A DNA stretch of 63,689 nucleotides, filler included, from Hyphochytrium catenoides (lineage: Eukaryota > Protista > Hyphochytriomycota): the NCBI GenBank assembly GCA_900088475.1. It is 9 parts of 9 records of this genome, joined end to end, with 100 filler letters (N's around TTAATTAATTAA, not from the genome) between each part and the next. Parts side by side here need not be neighbours in the genome. Positions count along the whole stretch, not along the records: positions 34,065 to 40,056 come from FLMG01004288.1; positions 40,157 to 57,944 come from FLMG01003209.1; 7 more parts are not named here. One strand, written 5' to 3'. This document shows positions 37,124 to 48,919 of this stretch, piece by piece (position 1 is the stretch's first letter; each line of letters begins with the position of its first letter). Both the position numbers and the translations under genes were made by a program. A model generated the notes under the pieces. The model did not search any database, was not told where the DNA came from, and worked only from the letters and a program-made list of their open reading frames with translations.

Positions 37124-38219
37124 CAAAAGGAGAAAGAGAGAGGAGATGGAGAAGACAGAAAAGATTATGAGGGCTAAGTGAGAGCGAAGAAAGAAAACGC
37201 CCACAAAAATGAGTGTGATCTGCTGCCAAAGAAGTTGACAGGTGGAGGAGAGAGGAAGAGAGAAACATTAATAAGAGAGAGATCTGAAACACATAGAGGA
37301 AGGAATAGACAGGGGCACAGAGGGAGAGAAGGACTTCAAAAACAGAGAGAGAGCCAAAGAGGAGAAAGGGAGAAGGCCGAGAGAGATTGAGGTCATCTTC
37401 TCTTCGTCTTTAGGACCACGAGGCAATGCTCCGGGCCCAGGACTTGGCCATCTCGGGAAAGAAAGGAATTCACAGCGGGGAGCCGGGTCTCGTGCGGGAC
37501 ATCAAGGTAACATGTCAGACAGAGAGAGACAGAGCGTGAGAGATGGGGATTGTTATTAGATTGGCGGAGAGAGAGAGAAAGAGAGAGAGAGAGGGAACGA
37601 CGAAAAGATCTTCCTGTCAGTATAGCTGTCGAGCTGTCTAACCCCTCCGCTTCCTCTTTAGTCTTCATAACTTATTCTATCGGCTCTTCTCTCTCTCCTT
37701 CATTGAGTCGATAGCACATTCCTTCTCTCTCCTTATTTACTCCTTGTTTTCTCTTCTTAGCAAGATGCAAGCTGCCCTCACTAGGTCTTCTTTCCTTCTT
37801 TCTTTCAACAATAACAGCTTCTCACTAATACTTTCTCTCTCCGTCTGGAACTGTTATCTCTTTGCTCTTTTTCCTTCTCTCTCTCTCTCTCTCTCTTCTC
37901 TCTCCCTTTCTCTCTCTCCCTTTCTCTCTCTCTCTCTCTCTCGCTCGCTCGCTCTCGCTCTCTCTCTCTCATATTATAGTGGTCTGGCTACAACGCTGAG
38001 GCTCTGCTGGAGGAGCATCGCGGAAAGACAGTGACGGCGGTGATCGAGAATGTCATGAACGGAGCAGCGTTCCGCTGCCTCCTGCTTCCCTCTTTCCACA
38101 TGGTAAGTGCAGTCTTTCCTTCAATTTGTCTTTCTCTCATCTGCGCTACACCTTCTGCTATTCCCTCTGCCAGTCCCAAGCATCATCCCTCCTCTAGCTT
38201 TCTCATGTAGTCTTTTTGG

Positions 38220-38288
<69 letters not shown>

Positions 38289-38871
38289 TCTCCCTCTCTC
38301 TCTTTCTGTCTGTGTTATTCCCGCTGAATCAGTTAGGACCTTTGCTTTTCAATTACCAAAGGCTGTTTGCGTTCTTCCTTTCTCAGCTCTCTTCAGTCTC
38401 TCCCTCCCGTTTCCCGTCTTTGATCTCTCTTTTCCTTCATCTCTCTTTTCTCTCGTTCTCCATGTCTCTTTCCCTCCCTTCCCTCGTTTTTCCTTCGCCT
38501 TTCTCTTCTGCTCTCCAATGTTGAGCCTTGAACTTTCTCTCCTCTAATGTGCGATGACCCTAACGCTTAACTTGCTGCTCTCTCTTGACCCAGGTCACTC
38601 TGATGCTGGCAGGAGTTCAGTGTCCAAAGCTCAACACTCCTCCTCGAAGAGAGAATGCTCCTTCTTCCTCTTCTTCCTCCTCTTCCGCGGCCGCTGTCGT
38701 GGCGCAGCAGCCCGCCGCGGCTGCTCTTCCTCCTCCTGAACCGTTCAGTAAAGAGGCGAAGCATTTCTCTGAGGTCCGCGTCCTCAACAGAGAGCTTCAG
38801 GTTAGACTGGAAGGAGTAGACAAGTTCGGGGTAAGTCAATCTCTTTCTCTGTCTCTGACTATGTCTCTTTG

Positions 38872-38903
<32 letters not shown>

Positions 38904-39327
38904 CTTTTCTTTCTTGCTCAAACCTGCCGGAAACTCTGATTGCTCTCATGTCCATTGGCTGCCTGACTATTTTGTCAGGCACTTAGCTCTTAATCTACCT
39001 TCTGCCTCTTCCCCTCTTTTTGTGTGATAATAGTCCTTCCATTTCAGTGTCTCTCTGTCGTTTGCTTTCTCTCTTTCTCGCTCTCGCTCTTTCTCTCTGT
39101 CTCTCTCTCTGTCTCTCTGTGTGTGTGTTCGGTTGACGCCATCCGCTTTCTCTTGCGTTATCCTCTCCATTCACTTCTTTCTTATCTGCCCTGCGCTCAT
39201 CATGCAGAACTTCTTCGGTACTATTCTGCATCCCGCCGGGAACATTGGGGCAGAGCTGCTGAAGAATGGCCTGGCCAAGATGGTGGACTGGAGCGCGGCC
39301 TTCACCAACACAGCGGACAGGTCTGCG

Positions 39328-39371
<44 letters not shown>

Positions 39372-40056
39372 TCTGTCTCTCTGTTTCTCTCTGTCTCTGT
39401 CTCTCTCAACTCTCCTTCTCTTTGACCGTCTCCCCTTTCTCTCCATGTCGAGCCAAGCAGCGCTGCCTGTGTGTGGACTATACAATGTGCTTCTCCTACT
39501 TTTCTTGCTCTTGTCCTCGATCTCTTGCTTCTGTACCCATAAAATGACTCTCGGCTCCGATACCATTTCTTTCACCAAAAGATTGTCCTATCTCTCCTTT
39601 CCCGCTCACCATCTCTTTCTCTCTGTCTCTCTCTTGCCCCGTTTTCCCTCTATCTCTCTCAGAACGGCCCTTCGCAATGCGGAAAGGCAAGCAAAGCTGT
39701 CTCAACTCCGTGTCTGGAAGGGCTACACGCCGCCAGTCTTCCAGGGCGCTAGGGAAATGACCGGCAAAGTCATTGAGGTAGGAAGAAGAGGAAGAGGGAA
39801 AGATAGATGTAGAAAGAGAGAAAAGTAGAACAAGGAAATGTTGATGGCGGGAAGAGATAGAGAAGGAGGGTGGTGTAGGCAACCTGATCAAAGAGAGAGA
39901 TAGGAATTGTCTCTGCGCTCTCTCTCCCCTTCTGCACTCTCTCTCTCTTTCTTTTGTCTCTTTGTCACGCGCAGGGTGGCTAAATCCTGTTTCGTTTCTC
40001 TCCCTCTTCAAAGGTGGTTAGCGGCGACTGCATCATTGTCCTGGTTCCGGAGGCTG
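35876..40056 (+). CDS. SND1: Tudor staphylococcal nuclease (Tudor-SN/p100), 5' part (SN1, SN2, start of SN3), truncated at the scaffold edge
   Basis: MASG|KATVKAVLSGDTLVL...PPPEMQLTLSSLVAPKLAR...DE|PFAWESREYLRKLVIGKPVSF...EPFSKEAKHFSEVRVLNR...NIGAELLKNGLAKMVDWS...LRNAERQAKLSQLRVWKGY...IE|VVSGDCIIV; GT-AG introns. Confidence 0.95.
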
Positions 40057-40156
40057 NNNNNNNNNNNNNNNNNNNNNNNNNNNNNNNNNNNNNNNNNNNN
40101 TTAATTAATTAANNNNNNNNNNNNNNNNNNNNNNNNNNNNNNNNNNNNNNNNNNNN
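40057..40156. other. Artificial scaffold-joining spacer
   Basis: 44N-TTAATTAATTAA-44N. Confidence 0.97.
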
Positions 40157-40849
40157 GCTTGAGCATGAACCCATCCTTCCTCCAAAGCGCTTGCTTTCAA
40201 ACGTCACAATCTCCCTTTCTTTCAGTTCTTAGACCTGGGCAACCGAGTGCTCAGCTCCCGGCTGAGAGACTTCAGTAAGTGAGGACGAAGCTGTCTGCAG
40301 ACGGCAAGCTGGGGCTAATCAGTGGGATAATTAGGGACGTGAAGCTTTTATCGGCTTGTTCAAGAAGAAAGTATTGGGATGTTCCCTTCCCGCTTATTTT
40401 CGGTGTTGCCGGCCGTTGTGCAGTAAGCTCCTAGGGTCAGAAGATAGCTTACTTTCTTACTATCGTCCCAAGTTTCGGTCGCGGGTGAATTTCCTCCTCT
40501 CTGAGCTGCGTGCTACGATGATCTGGTGGTTTTATAAAGATAAAGCTCCCGAATTTACCCACTCGAGTCCGCAAAAGTACGACGTTATTTCTTTTGTACA
40601 AAAGTGAAATAATGTGTCAATAGATTCTCAATTGATTTTGCCTTTTATGTATATTCTTGCATAAAATGAAGAGAGGCTGTTGGCTGTTTTTGCTCTCTTC
40701 TAATCATTAGCTGTGGCTTATTTTTTATTATCGAAGATATAAAAAAATCTATCGAGTCTCCATCCTCATGGCCGCCGCTCCTTCCGCATCGGCTCACTGC
40801 GTCGCTGCGGCCTTCATTCAGTTGCTGACCTTCTTGGGCGGCGCTTTAC

Positions 40850-41555
40850 CTGCTGCTTCTTAGCCTTCCGTGTGCGCGCGCTCATCTGAGTAGAGGATGG
40901 ATAACAGTAGAGATGCACTTTCTTGCGACAAAGGGTCCCTTGATGGCGATTGAAGCCTTCTTGCATCTTTTTATGTGCCGCTTCAGGGGTCAAGAGATTC
41001 TGGTTCCGCTGGAGGTAGATGGAGACTGAACATCCTCTCCAGGAAGTTGATCTGCTGGGGTGTGAACTTGTGGAGCTGCGGAAGTTGCGTCCTCTCTTGA
41101 TGTACATGGCCATCTTCACAGACTCGGCTTAGTAGTTCTGGTTTGTGGTCCATGCAAAGAGACTCGGTAACTACGGCGTTATGGACGTCAAGGAGGAAGA
41201 GGCAGACTACTTCTCGGTCGCGGGATTTGCCAAGCCTTATCTTGACTCTTGCTTAGCCTGCAGGCAAGGCTGCAGCGCAGCAGCTGCTGACAACAGACAC
41301 AAAGCAGCCACAGATTCTCAAGTTCGCACTCCAGCAAATCACCATTCTGCAGAAGACGTTAAAATCTCCACCTAACTTAGCCGCAACAGAATCTCTTGAC
41401 CCCTGAAGCGGCCCATGAGAAGAAGCAAGAACGTTTCCATCGCCATAAGAAGCCCTTTGTCGCAAGGAAGAGCGTCTGTACAGTTACCCACATCGGGCCA
41501 AAGTATTAGCTCTTTTTGCCAAGCACTCTCGCACGGAACGCTCAGAAGGTGCAGT
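40850..41555. repeat. Diverged inverted repeat (arms ~40850-41087 and ~41302-41555) made of degenerate coding fragments
   Basis: Exact 26-nt inverted match between 40977-41002 and 41387-41412 (cagaatctcttgacccctgaagcggc), with alignable flanks on both sides. Confidence 0.8.
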
Positions 41556-42087
41556 CCAGCCAAGAAGCCCAGCAGGATGCCGTAGAAGGGACACTTATTG
41601 GAAAAAGACAATGACTAAAAAAAGACTGGGAGCAGGGAGCAGATGAAGGCGGAGCGAGGCCACAGAGAAGGAGCTGAGATGTGATAGTTAAAACCGCGAC
41701 TAAAGCTCATATTCAAAGATCGCCAGCAACCTCTCTCTCTCTTCACGGTATACAATTACATGGAGCGCGTCGCAGTACGAAGTAAGCTCCCCTCTCCTGC
41801 TTTGTCTTCTTTCTCTTTCGTCAGTCTACCGGTTTGCTGAGTATCAGTAGCTAGGGCCCGCATGTAACACCTTCTTGGGCCGTTTGACTTTCAAGCAAGA
41901 ATGTGTTGAGATCCTTATGCTATTCATTGTTCTGTGCCGCGCAAGTGCCTCAGATGAGAGATAGATGATGGCGAGGCGTCAAGCTGAAGCTCTCACTTCA
42001 GATCGACGACGTTAGAGGACTCTCTTTCCGCTGTCAACAGAGATTGCTATCCGCAAAGGTGGTCGGATGGCCAGGATATAGCGACAG

Positions 42088-44655
42088 CTAGCAGCCAGCT
42101 CTTCCCTCTCTTCTGACCAGATACAGTCCTGGATGCTGAATGACCTAATAGAGGCGAAGACTTAGAACGGGTTGGTAGCACTGCGGCAAATGTCACTAGG
42201 ATTTCCTTGCCTCTTGACCTCCCTGTGCGCCAAGGCGGTGATCCGGACTACTAGTGAGGAGACTTCTGAAGGACAACCAAGGTAAGCAGCCAGTACGTCT
42301 CATCTACGTCGTCTACCCCTCTAACCTCTGCTCCCATATCCTTATCAGAAGAGTACCCTCTCAGTTCTGTTCTTCTCTCTGGCTCCCTCCTCTCCCTCTC
42401 CCGTTCCCTCCTACCATTCTTTCCTGGCCCCGCTCCCGGGTTAGCGTCTGCAGACAGATAGACAACCCCCGCGCGCTCTTCTTTTGCAAGGTTCCTCGTA
42501 GCCTTTGTCCTAGCCTTTGCCTGTCCTACGCAATTTCTAACAAGCAGACAACATATCTCACCGGACTAGATCAATGAGAGCTTGGTCTTCATCGGGGCAA
42601 CAGCGCAGCAGAGATGTCTCGGTATAACCTCCAAGAATGCATCTTTTTATCTCTTCAGAGGGTAGTGCAGCGTCCCTCTTATCCTTTTTGTATGAAAACG
42701 GAGGTATACCCGTCAGAAGCTCATGAAGCAGAATGCCCAGCGCCCTTGTCCAGAGAGCGACATCAAGCCGTGAGCACCAGGACGAACAGGGTCCCAAAGC
42801 ATATGAGAGATGAGGAGGTCAGAGAGACAGCTGACCAAGAGAGAAGAAAGAAAGATAGTGGACGAGCAACAGAGAGAGACAGGGGAGAGAGAGAGTGTAG
42901 AGAAAGAAGGCTTCTGAGGAGTTCTTGGCTTACCACCAGTCCACTTGGGTCCCATAGCCGTCGTCTCTGATCATTTCTGGAGCCATGCAGTGGAAAGTGG
43001 TCACCCCAGTCTCTTGCTCCTCTTTTGTGAGGCTGATACACAGGTTTGTGTCCTTCTCCACTCTGCAGGCGCTGTTGAAGTCAATCAGGCAGGCGTCTCC
43101 CCGGGCATCTAAGAAGTTATAGAAGAGATTTAAGGGTCATCAGATCGTTCTTGGTTCATGCTAGATATATTTCTCTTTCCGACATCCTCTCTCACAGTCC
43201 TATCTCTTCTCTTGCCTAACTAGTGGGCTAACTCGATAGCGGAGAGATAGCATTATCCTTACCAAGCAGTACATTGGTCGTCTTTAGATCCCTATGACAA
43301 TATCCAAGGTTATGCACAGCGCTGAGGGCAGTAGCTATTTGCCTTCCAGAGTGGCGCACGTCCTTGCAAGACAGACGCTGTTCTGGAGTAGAGAGGAGGA
43401 TGGCGCGCAGGCTGCCACCTGGTAGATAATCCAAAGCTAGATAAATGTGATCACAGTCTGAGGGAATAAAAGGTAGCGTTGGCGAATCAGAGTGAGTTGG
43501 GATGGTTGAAGAAGGCAGCGTGCGGATTGGGAGCCACGATATTGATCCATCTTATGGACAACCGTAGGAGCATCGAAAGTGATCTCAGGAATCAAGCAAG
43601 GGAATGAGAGGAAACATCTGAATAAGAGGGAAAATAGGAGGAGAGACACAGGGCGAATTGATGAAGGATGCATTTAAGAAAGAAGAAAGCTTCCACCGGA
43701 AGGAGCGGAACAGATAGAATGAGGAGGACTGGTAGGCAAGCTCCTCAGAACCTTCAGCTACGCACCATTAAAGGTCTCAAGGAGCCCTACGATAAACCTT
43801 TGTCCTCGCAGGGCCAGAAGTGCCTCTTTCTCCATCAGACACCGTCGAAGAGAGAGCTTGGTGCGGATCTTGTCCCTTGGAATAACCTTCAGCGCTAGAG
43901 CACCAGAGAAATAAAGAAGAAAGCGGCGTTAGAACGCTTGAAAAAGGAAGGTTCTCTCCATCTTACTGAAGCAGACAGTGATCAAGAAACTGCCGGTCCA
44001 TCAGGAAGCCAAATACGTAAAGTAAGAGACAGAAGGGACAAAGAGAGCGCGAGCGCGATTGAGGGCAAGGGAAGAAGAGAGAGAGAGAGAGAGAGAGACC
44101 ATAGGCAATAAAGGGCGAGTGTAAAGGCGAGATAGAAAGGACGAGACAACGAAGGGAGAATCACGCAGCAACCAACAGAGGAGAGTAGGAGAGAGAAAAG
44201 AACGTAACCACCGTGCTCCGCAGGCGGATCAATGGACGACCCCCAACTGAGAAGCAAAGACTAGGAATAAAGAAACGTGAGCTTTCTCTCGCCCGGGCTT
44301 GGCTCATGGTTTGTAGAAGAAAAATTGCTAGGCAGAATGGACAGAATACTGGGGAGGAAGCAGTAGCTGGAAGTTACGCGGTGACAAAGAAGAAGAACAG
44401 TCAGTGTGACTCGGCGTACCGCATTCCTTCCCGGAGAGGTGATGACGGCAATGATACACGCTGCTAGTGCAGAGATGCCAATGCATTGAAGAAAGTTAAA
44501 GCACTACCGAGCGAGTTAGGAAGGACAAGACGGCAGAAAGATAAAGATGAGTAGAGATCAATGCTCGGGGATGACAGCGAAGGACGCCACAAATATAGAG
44601 AGGACTGCAAGCCAGACAGACATTGGACATAGATCAAAGTTAATATTAGCCAAGG

Positions 44656-44701
<46 letters not shown>

Positions 44702-45043
44702 NNNNNNNNNNNNNNNNNNNNNNNNNNNNNNNNNNNNNNNNNAGAGAGAGAGAGAGAGAGAGAGAGAGAATGCAATTGGCATAGTAGGGAAGGAGGAAGG
44801 AGGTAGGTGCTGCTCGTGGTCAGAGAAAGCAAGAAGATACGGGGTAGGAGGGAACTACGGGTCCCGGCCCTAACTATCAAGAAGCTCGTGTAACCTCCAA
44901 CTCTCGTTCTCTCCCATCGATCGTCTTACCAAGCAAAGGCTCCTCGGCCCAGCACTCTGCCAGTTGTCCAGCCCTTGTGCTCCCGCAGCACCAGCAGCAG
45001 GGAGCTCTGGTGTCGGCCTTCGTTTTTCTCCTTCTTCATCATA
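42088..45043 (-). CDS. Divergent Ser/Thr protein kinase (AGC-like); multi-exon, start uncertain
   Basis: Spliced motifs [92 protein letters not shown]. Confidence 0.87.
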
Positions 45044-47366
45044 CTTGGTGCAGCAGGAGACTCTCCTTTCTTCATCACTCTCCTGTTCCTCTCCTGGTCC
45101 TTTCTCTTCCCTATCTGTTTTCTTTGTTGGCCGTGCGCATACCAGGTCCCAGCCTGGCTCCTCCTCTGGATGGGGCGTGGAAAGTTGTTTGAGGATGGCT
45201 AACAGCTGCCTCACAAGCCTACCATCGTGGCAAATCTAGCCAGAGGAGAAGATGATGGGACAGAACCCCACGGTGGCTGGCTCTCCTCGTTTTAGCAGCT
45301 GTGGATACTAGAAGAAGGGCAAGGTGCCCCTCCCGTTAACCAACAGCCGCAATCAGAAAGCCAACTGGAACTCGACGACGGCCGCTTCACTCTTTCTGGT
45401 GGCCACACGCTTGATGATTTGCCTCCTAAGTTTTCTACAGGACGCCTTGGCATCTTATTTCACTATCTTCAGTCTAGCATCTCCACTCAGCCAGCGGCAA
45501 GAGGACGACGAGCATGCATAAACTTGACAGCTCCTCGAGCAGCACAATGGCGCTCACGAGAAGACAGGGCTGCGGCCTACGACCACTTCATTGCACCTCT
45601 AGCTGCGCCTCTCCCGTCACTTCGTCGCATGATCAAGCAGACAAGCGGGCGAAAGGCACAGAGACAGCAACAGCACGGGCAGGGCAGCAGCAGCAGCAGC
45701 AGCCCCCACTGGCTGCACCACCGGCAGGTTGCTCAGCTGGTCATCCGTCTCTCATGTAAAGCTGGCAACTTCACACTGAAAGTCTCCCAACCCCCCTGCG
45801 TTTCCCTTGTTGCCCGTGGGAATATTAACTATGGCCTTATTAAAGCTGTATTAATGTATGTACTTGGCACGTCAGAGTGCGGTGCCCTGGCGGAGGATGG
45901 AGCTGGCAGCGGACAGCCGCTGGTGCCCGACCACGGCGCGACGCTTCATACTTCAAGGATATAAAGCACCTGCTAAGTCGTCCCTGCTGACAGAGTCCTA
46001 TCTATAAGATCATTCATGCTGCGCCATGCGGGACAGCTAGACGCTACCCTCAGCACCCTCAGCAGCGAGAGCGATGAGTCCATGCATAATCAGCATCACG
46101 ACGGAGAGACACCGCGCCCTCATAATAGTGCTTGGGCTTCACAAGCCTCTCCGTTCATAAAGCGCCGCTGCAGGACCACTCCGCCTTAAAACTTATGGAG
46201 GTAGAGAAACCTAAAGAGTCCTCCTCTCGCTAGGCAGGTCTGCTGAAGATGCCCTTTGATTGTTAGAAGAAGAAGATGGGGCCTTCCTTGTCGGTCACCA
46301 TCGCAGTCTGCTGCTGCTGCATGATGTGTATATATATAGAGAGAGAGCGAGAGAGGACTAAGTAAGAGGTCCTACTCTTCCTATTATTCTGAGTGACCTG
46401 GGATTGGTGGCTCAGCAGACCGACCCGGAAAGACGTGAAGACTTCTTTCTCTAGTGATTTCTTAGGCCAGGGATGTGCCAGAGAGCAGGTAAGATATGTG
46501 TTCTCGCGTTCAAGGATGATGATGACGCGGGCTTCAAAGGAGAACACGCATCGTCAAGAAGGAGAATGGCAGAGTCAACAGCGGCGTCTACTGAAGAGGC
46601 AACACAAGCAGCAGCAGGATGGACGCTCTAAGATTTAAGGGCAGCTGCGCAAGCCGGAAAGCCTGGGCAGAAGTGCTTGTCAGCCAGACAGGAGAAGCAG
46701 CGCTATTTATTAGTGCTTCTTTTTCCTCGGAGTTAAAAGCTGCCTCATAATGCGCTCTCTTTATTAGCTTGTGCAGCCGTGGGTTCCCCTTCTCCAAGAG
46801 AGAAACTTCGCTAAAGGATCGTGTTGTCTGGTGCTGAAACCTAGTAGACGATACGCCTTGCAACGGCGATAAGCTCTATCCATAAGATTTGAGGCGGATG
46901 AAGGAAGGAGGAGCGGGATCCACTGATGATTATGAGCAAGGATGCGTACCGGCCGATTTGTCCTGCAAATGATCGCATGGGTGCGGCGCCGAGCAGCTTA
47001 GGAAGCCTGCGATCTCAAGGACGTCACGAAGATTGTCCAAAGAAGTAGCAGTAACAATCGGTATGCACAGGAGGAGAGCTTTGCGCCAGCTCCAATCGTC
47101 AGGTCTTCCTGGTTCCTGTCACGATGAGTGTGTGGAGGAGTCACCTACAAGCCCCTCGATGTAGGACAACAGGATGTAGCACTGTCGAGCATCTGTGACG
47201 AGGGATATCGCTATGTTCCCATTCGACTTAGAGTCAGGCCATCAGGGCCCTTTCACTCGCCAGGAACCTAACGTCCCACCTGTCTCTCATTCCCCGAGCA
47301 GTGGCGCGCATTGTAGGGAGTCAGAGGCCATCAACGTCATGGCTCTGTCTCACCCTACTAAAGAGC

Positions 47367-48919
47367 TCAAACATTTCGGTGCCAAGAAGAGACCATGAAG
47401 CCTCTTCTATCACTGACGTAAGCCAAATAGTTCTCTTGCATGCGCTGCCAGCCATGCTGAGCAGTGGAGCGTGAATATGCGTACAAGCCCGCCTCATAGA
47501 TCTTACGGCTTCGTATTTTGTCCTGCTCCTTAGAGAGCCACCACGCAATGATTCTCGCGAGTTCAGGCGCTCTCTCCTCCATAATCACATCGTGGACATC
47601 CACCACAAATTTCGACCAAATGGCATGAGGAGTGGGTGACGTTGGCACGTTACCCATGAGCAAAGCTCCTGACATAGCAACCTCCACGTATTTGCGTAGA
47701 TCGTAGTCCCGGATAGATCGCGAGACAAGAGCCACCTTGCATTGGAAGAGAAAGTCAATGTACCTCTCATATTGTTGCTCCAAGACCGTAGCGCTGATGC
47801 CAAACCGGCGCCTCTCTGCCTCGGGCAATACTTCCGTGTACCCGAAGTGGGGCAACACGTGAGCAACCAGCCCATACTTCGCAAAGGTACCATCAGCTAT
47901 CCAGTCGTCACCTTTGTCCGGACGGGATACCAGTAGCGGTCAACCCGGCCCATGAGGCAGAAGTCATAAGGTCTTTCCTCAAACCTTCTTTTGCTTCGCT
48001 GGTGTTGCTTTAGCATCCTATAGAAAGTGCCAGGGAGGACAGTTTGAGGGAACAGAGAGATCAATGTCTCAGGATATTGCCTAACCAGCTTCGTCTCTGG
48101 ATCTGCAAGGTGATGGAACAGCGCCTGGAAATCGTTCTCGTAGGCCAAAAGGATGATCTGGAAGAGGCGCCATGGCCATTTCTTATGGGGACCCCAGACA
48201 CAGTTCCAGCGAGAACTATCGTGGTATGGCTTCTCGTTCAAGACACATTCGTAGCGATATGTCATATACACGGCGCCGGAGAGGTTAATATCATCAGGAT
48301 CGTCTTTGGCAATGACCAGAGAGAAAGGCTCCCGCCAACGCTTCTTGATGTTCTCTTCAACCGTGATGGAAGCATTCCAGCCGGGCCAACCCGGTCCCCA
48401 CATGATAACCCTATCGCCGCGCTTTCCATCTGCGGCGAAGGCTCCGCAATAAGTATGGAATAGGTGGCGATCCATGACGGCGTCAATGTACCACCATTCC
48501 ACGAAGAACAGGGTTCGCGGCCCTCCTTGCCTTTCGGCTGCCGGTATGGTCTCGTGCGGCGATAGTAACAGGGAAGAAGGATCGGAAAACCTGCAGGACC
48601 TTTCATATTGCGCGTGCAATAGTAACGTCAGTCTTAGGCATTCAGAGCCGTCGAGCTCCATCCCGGGAACGCCCATCAGATCTATGGCACTGAGTAGGAA
48701 AGCTCCATCATCGTCATCATCGGCTGCAGAATATGCGCTGCTGTTCTTGCTCTCTTTCAAACCACCAGCTTCGTGTTCCAACTCGATGGCCGTGGGACAC
48801 GTCTCATCTTCATCGGTTGCTGAAGGAAAGCTCGTGAACGACGAAACTTGGTCATAACCAGAACGCAGCAAATATAAGCAGATGAGCCGAACCACCAGCA
48901 TGCCGCAGATCTTCTTCAT
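47367..48919 (-). pseudogene. Intronless type-II membrane glycosyltransferase-like gene (GT-B C-terminal, YkvP/CgeB-like) split by a 1-nt frameshift near 47900
   Basis: N-terminal TM segment, MWGPGWPGW, FCLMGRVDRYWYPVR, then in the next frame IADGTFAKYGLVAHVLPHFGY...YIDFLFQCKVALVSRSIRDYDLRKYVEVAMSGALLMGN. The frameshift could be an assembly error. Confidence 0.65.

Noticed and set aside
45419-46863. Several 80-180-aa ORFs with poly-Q/S tracts
   Set aside because: Mostly non-ATG starts, overlapping frames and no domain evidence.
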